Shown in pieces: positions 9,648-16,648 of a stretch of DNA of 22,934 nt. The DNA lies in IMG/VR virus record IMGVR_UViG_2693429523_000013, one strand, 5' to 3'. The notes below the pieces were generated by a model. It searched no databases. It was given only the letters and a program-made list of their open reading frames with translations, and had not been told where the DNA came from. Numbering within the stretch: position 1 is the first letter of the stretch; every line of letters begins with the position of its first letter. The translations under genes were made by a program, and so were the position numbers. Source of the DNA: a virus (taxonomy: Duplodnaviria > Heunggongvirae > Uroviricota > Caudoviricetes).

Positions 9648-9947
9648 ATGGAAATGAAAAATTCTGGCTTTATTGCCAGCGGCCCCGCTCGGCCTGAATT
9701 TATGAACGGCGATATTTACCGCGATAAATACGGCGGCACGGTAACGATTAAAGGCGTGGCAGAACGGCGCATCACTTACCGCCGTGAGGGGTATAGCTAT
9801 GACTGCGTGATGCCTGTTTATCAGTTCCGGCGTGATTTTTCCCTGGTATATGCCGCACCCCGCAGTAAGCCCATCAGCAGGGAAAAAGCGCGGGGAAACA
9901 TCCAGAAAATGAAAAGCATGATTAACGCATTCAGGGGCAAAAAATGA
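9648..9947 (+). CDS. hypothetical protein (99 aa)
   Basis: GAGGAA precedes the ATG; the stop overlaps the primase start (ATGA). Confidence 0.5.
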   Translation: MEMKNSGFIASGPARPEFMNGDIYRDKYGGTVTIKGVAERRITYRREGYSYDCVMPVYQFRRDFSLVYAAPRSKPISREKARGNIQKMKSMINAFRGKK

Positions 9948-11695
9948 AACTGGCACCGAACTTAAAAAAACAGCCACGCGACAGACTGACAGAGGTAATC
10001 ATCTTTGCAGGTAGTGATGCGTGGAGCCATGCGAAAGAGTGGCGGGAATGGGCGGGTAAACATATTGCCGCCGACGATGTGCCGCCTGTCGTGCTGGCTG
10101 ATGAGCAACTGAAAAATATCACCGATTACCGGATCATTGATGAAGATCGTCAGTGTGTGCGTGTTTACCGCGCAGGACATATCACAGAGCACAGCATGAC
10201 GCAGATTGTTACGTTACTGGCTGTGGCTGGAGTGAAGACCGTACACGAATACGCGGGGATTACTGACACCAGCCCAGTGGATTTATCCGAGCAGTTGCCG
10301 CGACTCAAAGAGGAATGCGAGCGTGGGGAAAGTCTGGTGCTTAATCTTCCGACGAAGCAAAAGGCGCAACTTTCACAGATGGCAGACAGTGAACGTGCAC
10401 AACTACTTGCCGATCGCTTTGATGGTGTGTGTGTTCATGCAGAAAGTGAAATCGTCCACGTATGGCGCGGCGGGGTATGGTGTCCGGTCAGCACAATGGA
10501 GCTGAGCCGCGAAATGGTGGCGATCTATTCAGAGCACAGGGCCACGTTCAGCAAACGTGTAATCAATAACGCCGTGGAAGCGTTAAAAGTTATTGCCGAC
10601 CCCATGGGGGAGCCGTCCGGTGATTTGCTACCGTTCACTAATGGTGTGCTTAACCTGAAAACGGGGGAATTTTCTCCGCACTCGCCGGAGCACTGGAGCA
10701 CCACGCACAATGGCATTGAGTACACGCCACCAGTAGCAGGGGAAAACATCCGCGATAATGCGCCAAATTTCCATAAATGGCTTGAACATGCTGCAAGAAA
10801 AGACCCGCGTAAGATGATGCGTATATGTGCCGCGTTATACATGATTATGGCGAACCGCTACGACTGGCAGATGTTCATTGAGGCCACCGGAGACGGGGGA
10901 AGCGGTAAGAGTACATTTACCCATATTGCCACCCTGCTTGCTGGCAAACAGAACACCGTAAGCGCGGAGATGACATCACTCGATGATGCAGGAGGGCGCG
11001 CGCAGGTTGTCGGGAGTCGTCTTATCGTCCTTGCCGATCAGCCGAAATATACGGGGGAAGGCACGGGCATCAAGAAAATCACGGGAGGCGATCCCGTTGA
11101 AATTAACCCGAAATATGAGAAGCGATTCACGACGATAATAAGGGCGGTGGTACTGGCAACCAATAACGACCCGATGATCTTTACCGAACGGGCCGGAGGT
11201 GTGTCACGCCGTCGGGTGATTTTCCGGTTCGACAACATTGTAAGGGAGGACGAAAAAGACAAGGAATTACCGGAAAAGATAGCGGCAGAAATCCCCGTAA
11301 TTATCCGCCGCTTGCTGGCTAATTTTGCTGCCCCTGAAAAGGCACGGGCTTTATTACTGGAACAGCGTGACGGTGATGAAGCTCTGGCAATAAAGCAGCA
11401 AACGGATCCGGTTGTTGAGCTTTGCGCGGCGCTGGAGTTTCTGGAGGAAGCTCGTGGGCTAATGATGGGCGGTGGTGGTGACACCGTGAAGTACACGACC
11501 AGAAACAGCCTTTACCGTGTCTATATGGCCTTCATGGCATACACAGGAAAGGGGAAATGTTTGAGCGTGAATGAGTTCGGAAAGGCTATGAGGTCAGCGG
11601 CGAAAGTTTACGGATATGAATATATTACGCGAAAAGTTAAGGGAGTCACGCAGACCAACGCAACGACTACTGATGATTGCGATGCGTTTTTATAA
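9944..11695 (+). CDS. phage/plasmid primase-helicase, P4-alpha C-terminal type (D5_N-like plus SF3 NTPase), 583 aa
   Basis: Walker A GDGGSGKST and Walker B-like RLIVLADQP; overall architecture is that of P4-family / PICI replication proteins as recalled. An iteron array lies directly downstream. Confidence 0.85.
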   Translation: MKLAPNLKKQPRDRLTEVIIFAGSDAWSHAKEWREWAGKHIAADDVPPVVLADEQLKNITDYRIIDEDRQCVRVYRAGHITEHSMTQIVTLLAVAGVKTVHEYAGITDTSPVDLSEQLPRLKEECERGESLVLNLPTKQKAQLSQMADSERAQLLADRFDGVCVHAESEIVHVWRGGVWCPVSTMELSREMVAIYSEHRATFSKRVINNAVEALKVIADPMGEPSGDLLPFTNGVLNLKTGEFSPHSPEHWSTTHNGIEYTPPVAGENIRDNAPNFHKWLEHAARKDPRKMMRICAALYMIMANRYDWQMFIEATGDGGSGKSTFTHIATLLAGKQNTVSAEMTSLDDAGGRAQVVGSRLIVLADQPKYTGEGTGIKKITGGDPVEINPKYEKRFTTIIRAVVLATNNDPMIFTERAGGVSRRRVIFRFDNIVREDEKDKELPEKIAAEIPVIIRRLLANFAAPEKARALLLEQRDGDEALAIKQQTDPVVELCAALEFLEEARGLMMGGGGDTVKYTTRNSLYRVYMAFMAYTGKGKCLSVNEFGKAMRSAAKVYGYEYITRKVKGVTQTNATTTDDCDAFL

Positions 11696-11711
11696 AAAAT
11701 GGCAATGGTTA

Positions 11712-11934
11712 TCTACCTTGTCTACCTGACTGAAAGAAAATACTTTTATTTCAATGTATTAATGCAGGTAGATAACTATTTTTCACTGTCTACCTGTTAT
11801 CTACCTTATCTACCCATTTTTGTAGACAGGTAAGGAGACGGGTAGAGATGAGGTAGACAGCTATTTGGGGCTGTCTACCTCCCTGAAACCCGCGCCATTA
11901 CTGGCCTGATAACTAATCAGGTAGACAAGGTAGA
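11712..11934. repeat. iteron array; candidate replication origin of the satellite-like module
   Basis: About 12 copies of the hexamer TCTACC / GGTAGA in both orientations (TCTACC at 11712, 11721, 11789, 11800, 11809, 11874; GGTAGA at 11767, 11841, 11852, 11920, 11929, plus a partial copy at 11822). An AT-rich spacer sits at 11731-11766, immediately 3' of the primase gene. Confidence 0.6.
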
Positions 11935-11984
11935 CAAGGTGGTGGTGCACAAAAAACTTTTTAAACGAGGGGGTAAAAATAAAA

Positions 11985-12242
11985 ATGCACACATCAGGAA
12001 AACTGAACAAACATATAAAGCCACATTACCGCGCCCTTGATATGGCTGAACACTGGCTAAGGGTGGCGATTAAGGCAATAGACCGCAACGCCGGGGAAGG
12101 ATACGCGAAAGCACATCCCGAACTGATAAGCGCATTCATGACAACGGCGGCTGCAAACTTTGCCACGCTGACCGAACGGGAGATTGCTGAAGCGGAGGAA
12201 GTGACAACAATCAATATTAAGTCCGGAGAGCAGGCAGCATGA
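11985..12242 (+). CDS. hypothetical protein (85 aa)
   Basis: GAGGGGG lies upstream of the ATG; the stop overlaps the ssb start (ATGA). Confidence 0.5.
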   Translation: MHTSGKLNKHIKPHYRALDMAEHWLRVAIKAIDRNAGEGYAKAHPELISAFMTTAAANFATLTEREIAEAEEVTTINIKSGEQAA

Positions 12243-12688
12243 CGGCGCAAATATCAGTTTACGGGCGGTTGGTGGACGACCCGCAGACAAAACAGACCAG
12301 CAAGGGCACCCCCATGACGCTGGCGCGTATGGCGGTATCACTGCCCTGCAGTCAGTCGGATGACGGTCTGGCGACGTTGTGGTTATCTGTCCTGGCGTTT
12401 GGCAGACAAGCCGACGCGCTGGCAAAGCATCACAAAGGCGAACTCCTGAGCGTGGCGGGTAACATGCAGATGAGCCAGTGGACTGGACAGAACGGCGAAA
12501 CGCGGCAGGGCTGGCAGGTTATCGCAGACAGCGTAATCAGTGCGCGATCGGTGCGACCGGGCGGCAAAAAAGGCCAACAGGGGCAGGCTACTGACGCACT
12601 GAACAGAGCAAAACAACAGGCAGATCAGCAAGGAAGCCAGCCACCAGAGGGAGATAATGAGCAATGGGGAGATGATATCCCGTTTTAA
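12239..12688 (+). CDS. ssb: single-stranded DNA-binding protein (149 aa)
   Basis: OB-fold region aligns by eye with E. coli SSB (ISVYGRLVDDPQ.., WLSVLAFGRQAD, GELLSVAGNMQMSQWTGQNGE..); Gly/Gln-rich linker; acidic C-terminal tip ...WGDDIPF matches the SSB DDDIPF tail. Confidence 0.85.
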   Translation: MTAQISVYGRLVDDPQTKQTSKGTPMTLARMAVSLPCSQSDDGLATLWLSVLAFGRQADALAKHHKGELLSVAGNMQMSQWTGQNGETRQGWQVIADSVISARSVRPGGKKGQQGQATDALNRAKQQADQQGSQPPEGDNEQWGDDIPF

Positions 12689-12904
12689 ATATTGCCAATA
12701 AAAAAAGCCGGAAAAAATAAATTTTCCGGCATGCTACATAAATCCCGACCAAAGGGAGTGAAGATATTAACACTAATTGTCCGCACTGAAGTTGTCACCC
12801 CAAAACTTTATACAACATTGCACTCGGTTGCATGTGTTCGCATGACAAATATCGGTGATAGCATATATCCACAATTATTTTTAATGAATGCAAAGAGGAT
12901 GCGT

Positions 12905-13945
12905 ATGGTTGATTTATATTCGCCTACCCAGCTTGTACAGGTGGTTAATGCTGTAGATGTACAAAAACAACTAAATGCGTTGTTTACCAGTTTGTTTTTT
13001 ACTCGCTCGGTAATGTTTGGATCGCGCGATATTATTCTTGATACAATCGACGATCCAAATATCCCAATTGCAGCGTTTTGTTCTCCTATGGTGGGTAGTA
13101 AAGTTTCACGTGACGAAGGGTACGAATCAAAAACAATTCGTCCAGGCTATATGAAGCCGAAAAGCAGCATTGATCCAAATAAGTTAGCTGTGCGCCCTGC
13201 TGGTGTATCACCTGAGCAATACAATGCTTTTGGGGCGCGTAATATTAAAGTTAAACAGGCGATTGTAAATCAAGCTAAAGCTATTCGTGCACGTATTGAA
13301 TGGCTTGCCGTTCAGGCAATCACAACGGGGAAAAATATCATTGAGGGCGATGGTATTGAACGTTATGAGCTGGACTGGAATATTAAACCACAAAATATCA
13401 TCACTCAGTCTGGCGGTACTGAGTGGTCAGGTAAGGATAAAGAAACTTTTGATCCAAATGATGATATTGAGAGCTACGCAGAATTTAGTGAGGGCGTCAC
13501 TAATATCATCATTATGGGCGGTAATGTATGGAAGAAATACCGTTCATTCAGAGCGATAAAAGAGGCTCTGGATACCCGTCGTGGTTCTAATTCCGAACTG
13601 GAAACGGCCCTTAAAGACCTTGGTGATTCGGTGAGTTTTAAAGGATATATGGGCGATGTTGCGATTGTTGTTTACAGCGGGCGTTATACCGACGAGGACG
13701 GAACTGAAAAACATTTCCTTGATCCTGATTTGATGGTGCTTGGCAATACGGCTCTTCAGGGGATTGTCGCCTATGGCGGTATTCAGGATCCGGAGCTAAT
13801 CCGAATGGGGCTGACTAAAGCCGAACTTGCACCGAAAAACTATATTGTGCCTGGTGATCCGGCTATTGAATATGTGCAGACACATTCAGCACCACAGCCA
13901 ATACCGGCCCGCATCAATCGTTTTGTTACCGTTCGCATTGGCTAA
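12905..13945 (+). CDS. major capsid protein, lambda gpE family (346 aa), divergent from lambda
   Basis: Aligns by eye along its length with lambda gpE (PGYMKPK.., NIITQSGGTEWSGKDK.., DTRRGSNSELETA identical, C-terminal ..GDPA.E...QSAP..). AGAGGA is 5 nt before ATG 12905; the track ORF start at 12692 adds 71 residues with no homology. Confidence 0.8.
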   Translation: MVDLYSPTQLVQVVNAVDVQKQLNALFTSLFFTRSVMFGSRDIILDTIDDPNIPIAAFCSPMVGSKVSRDEGYESKTIRPGYMKPKSSIDPNKLAVRPAGVSPEQYNAFGARNIKVKQAIVNQAKAIRARIEWLAVQAITTGKNIIEGDGIERYELDWNIKPQNIITQSGGTEWSGKDKETFDPNDDIESYAEFSEGVTNIIIMGGNVWKKYRSFRAIKEALDTRRGSNSELETALKDLGDSVSFKGYMGDVAIVVYSGRYTDEDGTEKHFLDPDLMVLGNTALQGIVAYGGIQDPELIRMGLTKAELAPKNYIVPGDPAIEYVQTHSAPQPIPARINRFVTVRIG

Positions 13946-13954
13946 GGGGGAGCA

Positions 13955-14296
13955 ATGGCTACTCATTACACTGAACTCATGGCTGGCACTGAAGCACTGG
14001 TGACTACGCTGGGGATATTTTCAGCTAATAAAGGGGTAATTCCTGCATTTACGCCACTGATGCAGGAAGATGCAACAGGTGCACTGGTGGTATGGGATGG
14101 TTCGAGCGTAGGTAAAGCGGTTTATGTTTCCGCTGTACAAATCGACACCGCGAAAAAAACACAGGCTCAGGTCTATAAGACAGGTGTCTTAAATGTTGAT
14201 GCTCTGAACTGGCCTGAGTCTGTAAAAGAACTGTCAGTAAAGATTGCAGCGTTTGTTGGCTCAGGTATTTCTGTTCAGCCGCTGGCTCGTGTGTAA
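13955..14296 (+). CDS. head decoration protein, lambda gpD-like (113 aa)
   Basis: ..TPLMQEDATGALVVWDGSSVGKAVYVSAVQ...YKTGVLNVDALNWPE...AAFVGSGISVQPL parallels lambda gpD (..TPLM...KLVAWDG...YKSGTF..VLWPE..AFAGTAISIV) as recalled. AAGGGGGA RBS present. Confidence 0.7.
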   Translation: MATHYTELMAGTEALVTTLGIFSANKGVIPAFTPLMQEDATGALVVWDGSSVGKAVYVSAVQIDTAKKTQAQVYKTGVLNVDALNWPESVKELSVKIAAFVGSGISVQPLARV

Positions 14297-14307
14297 AGGG
14301 GGATACA

Positions 14308-14691
14308 ATGCAAAATGATTACAATGACCTTAAGCCAATTGCCGAAATGATGTACCCGAATCCAGCTGTAGAGGAATTAAAAGCTATCGCTGACAAAATG
14401 TGTTTAAGCGAGCGCCTTGTTGATATGAATCAGGTGATGGAAATTACAACCCTGAGTCGGCGTACACTGCTAAACCTTGAGGCTAGTGGAGAGTTCCCGG
14501 AGCGTGTGCAGGTTACGGAAGGGCGTAAGGCCTGGTATTTAAGTGAAGTGATCGACTGGATAAATAATATTCCTCGCGCTTCTGAATATTGCCGCGTACC
14601 TGTCCCAAAAAAGCCAGATGCGGCGCTATGCCTCAAGATTGAGCGTGTACGCCGCAATGCACGGGATGGTCGCTATAAGCTGATTGGTTGA
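14308..14691 (+). CDS. AlpA-type HTH domain protein with ~40-aa N-terminal extension (127 aa)
   Basis: Residues ~40-90 (MNQVMEITTLSRRTLLNLEASGEFPERVQVTEGRKAWYLSEVIDWI) fit the AlpA HTH pattern; AAGGGGGA RBS before ATG 14308. Confidence 0.6.
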   Translation: MQNDYNDLKPIAEMMYPNPAVEELKAIADKMCLSERLVDMNQVMEITTLSRRTLLNLEASGEFPERVQVTEGRKAWYLSEVIDWINNIPRASEYCRVPVPKKPDAALCLKIERVRRNARDGRYKLIG

Positions 14692-14744
14692 TGAAATTAG
14701 GGCCCGCTCTGGCTGGCGGGTCCTTTCCGGCGATCTGACAGGCT

Positions 14745-14912
14745 ACGGGGCGTCAGGCGCGCGGATTTTCGCTATTTATGAAAATTTTCCGGTTTAAGGC
14801 GTTTCCGTTCTTCTTCGTCGTAACTTAATGTTTTTATTTAAAATACCCCCTGAAAAGAAAGGAAACGACAGGTGCTGAAAGCGAGCTTTTTGGCCTCTGT
14901 CGTTTCCTTTCT
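14745..14912 (+). promoter_or_regulatory. lambda-type cos region: cosN-like site (~14745-14762) and cosB with three CGTTTCC-core R elements
   Basis: 14760-14936 reads almost exactly as the recalled lambda left-end/cosB sequence upstream of Nu1. R3 is at 14791-14797, inverted R2 at 14861-14867 and R1 at 14901-14907; R2/R1 lie in a 16-bp perfect inverted repeat (14856-14871 / 14897-14912). The 12-mer at 14748-14759 is GGGCGTCAGGCG rather than the recalled lambda GGGCGGCGACCT. Confidence 0.7.
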
Positions 14913-14936
14913 CTGTTTTTGTCCGTGGAATGAACA

Positions 14937-15488
14937 ATGGAAGTCAACAAAAAGCAGCTGGCTGACATTTTCGGTGCGAGTATCCGTACCATTCAGAACT
15001 GGCAGGAACAGGGAATGCCCGTTCTGCGAGGCGGTGGCAAGGGTAATGAGGTGCTTTATGACTCTGCCGCCGTTATAAGATGGTATGCCGAAAGGGATGC
15101 TGAAATTGAGAACGAAAAGCTGCGCCGGGAAGTTGAAGAACTGCGGCAGGCCAGCGAGACAGATCTCCAGCCAGGGACTATTGAGTACGAACGCCATCGA
15201 CTTACGCGTGCGCAGGCCGACGCACAGGAACTGAAGAATGCCAGCGAAACAGGTGAGGTAATTGACACTGCATTTGCGACTTATGCCTTGTCGAAATTAA
15301 CTGGGGAAGTTGGAGCAATCATTGATAGTCTTCCACTTGCGATCTGTCGACAGTTTCCTGGCATGGAAAAACGGTATCAGGACTTCATTAAGATGGAGGT
15401 CAGTAAAGCATTTATTCGAGCTTACCAGATCTCAGATAACATTCCAGATATGGCTGAAAGGTATATCAAGGATAATCAGCGAAGTTAA
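14937..15488 (+). CDS. Nu1: terminase small subunit Nu1, chimeric: lambda-type N-terminal DNA-binding domain with a divergent C-terminal domain
   Basis: First ~100 residues (MEVNKKQLADIFGASIRTIQNWQEQGMPVLRGGGKGNEVLYDSAAVI.WYAERDAEIENEKLRREVEELRQASE.DLQPGTIEYERHRLTRAQADAQELKNA) match lambda gpNu1 as recalled; the C-terminal ~80 residues are similar in length but clearly different. Confidence 0.9.
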   Translation: MEVNKKQLADIFGASIRTIQNWQEQGMPVLRGGGKGNEVLYDSAAVIRWYAERDAEIENEKLRREVEELRQASETDLQPGTIEYERHRLTRAQADAQELKNASETGEVIDTAFATYALSKLTGEVGAIIDSLPLAICRQFPGMEKRYQDFIKMEVSKAFIRAYQISDNIPDMAERYIKDNQRS

Positions 15489-15544
15489 AACAAATGAAAC
15501 CATAGGTAGGAAGAGTGCTTAGGTGGTTCTTTGTTGCTTAAAAG

Positions 15545-15577
15545 TCGCCAGTAAAACTGGCGATAGATTTTATTTGT
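15545..15577 (+). terminator. rho-independent terminator-like hairpin after Nu1
   Basis: 8-bp stem TCGCCAGT/ACTGGCGA (15545-15552 / 15557-15564) with a 4-nt loop, followed by the T-rich run tagattttatttg. Lies between convergent Nu1 and the DUF2971-like gene. Confidence 0.45.
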
Positions 15578-15594
15578 CAAAAGCATTTGACCTT

Positions 15595-16500
15595 TTAAGG
15601 TAGTGGTACTATGGATATTTTTCTGTCGTTCCCAAATGAACTTTTAAATAATTTCGCTCTTGGATACATTTTAACTAGTGATGCGACTTCATCGAACTCG
15701 CTGGCATCAAAAAGAGGACCAAGTATTACAGATTTTAACTCAAAAGGGTGAAATTTTAAGTCGCTATATTGACCAGTGCTATTTGGCCTAGCGTAGGTTG
15801 AAATTCTCCACTCTCTTTCATATGCCCATTCTTCTGTTTTTATGAATATTATCTCATTATTGATATATTCAATTGACTTATTGTCTGGCATGAAAAGCAA
15901 CTCGGCCATCCCTTCAGCAGTGTGAGTTAGAGGCATTTCATCTGTGTATTTCATAGGTTTGGCTATTAACCAAGCGCTATCCAGAAAGTCTACACAATCA
16001 AATTCGATAACTATACCTTTATATTTATCGGCATAGTGATTCCACATAGGAGTGATTATAGGGCTCTCAGATAAACACAAAATCCTTCTGTTATTAAGCA
16101 TTCCTCGCCAGACATCTTTCATTTCTTGTATTGCCGCAGGAGCGCCAATCCCAACTGGTGGAATGTTTACCATTTCTTGAAATCTTTCAATTAATCCTGC
16201 GGGTATGCCTAAAGGAAATGACTTTTGGAAATCACTTAGCATTGTTCTAATTCTAGGGTTTAAATTTTGTATGTCTTCTCTGGGGGTAATCAACTCCGCT
16301 ATTAACTTGCGGGCTAAAGCTTTGCCAATATTAATTTCGTTAATACCAGGCATAACTTCTCTTGGAACATCAAAAGGGTCATTAAATAGGACCGGAGAAC
16401 TCCATCTAAGGCTGCATGAATCAAGAACAATCTTCGCGGTATTCAACGACATATACTTATAAAATGTTGAGCGTTCATGCATTCTGTTGGGTGAGCGCAT
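15595..16500 (-). CDS. DUF2971-like protein (301 aa), AT-rich moron
   Basis: N-terminal ..STFYKYMSLNTAKIVLDSCSLRWSSPVLFNDPFDV.. matches the recalled DUF2971 signature (YKY.S...L...lw.S.p..FNDPFD). AGAGGA is 4 nt upstream of the ATG (complement of 16498-16500). AT-rich by eye. Confidence 0.7.
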   Translation of the reverse strand: MRSPNRMHERSTFYKYMSLNTAKIVLDSCSLRWSSPVLFNDPFDVPREVMPGINEINIGKALARKLIAELITPREDIQNLNPRIRTMLSDFQKSFPLGIPAGLIERFQEMVNIPPVGIGAPAAIQEMKDVWRGMLNNRRILCLSESPIITPMWNHYADKYKGIVIEFDCVDFLDSAWLIAKPMKYTDEMPLTHTAEGMAELLFMPDNKSIEYINNEIIFIKTEEWAYEREWRISTYARPNSTGQYSDLKFHPFELKSVILGPLFDASEFDEVASLVKMYPRAKLFKSSFGNDRKISIVPLP

Positions 16501-16648
16501 AGATTCCTCTTGTTAAATGAGTGATGGTTTTCATCCATGTATTGCACGTTGTATTGCATTCAAGGATTTTCCATTTCAATTCTATAGCTAAAACGTAATC
16601 AAATCATTCACATCCTTTCATATTTGACTCATGTAGCCGAAGCATGAG

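Noticed and set aside
11038-11496. 152-aa minus-strand ORF inside the primase gene
   Set aside because: Antisense to a strongly supported primase/helicase ORF; Ser/Ala-rich low-complexity translation.
11712-11934. Possible CRISPR array
   Set aside because: The repeats are 6-8 bp iterons in both orientations with irregular spacing, not 25-40 bp direct repeats with unique spacers; no cas genes are present.
12692-12904. 71-residue N-terminal extension of the E-like capsid ORF
   Set aside because: Similarity to lambda gpE begins at the Met encoded at 12905, which also has a strong AGAGGA RBS; the extension overlaps the ssb-capsid intergenic hairpin.
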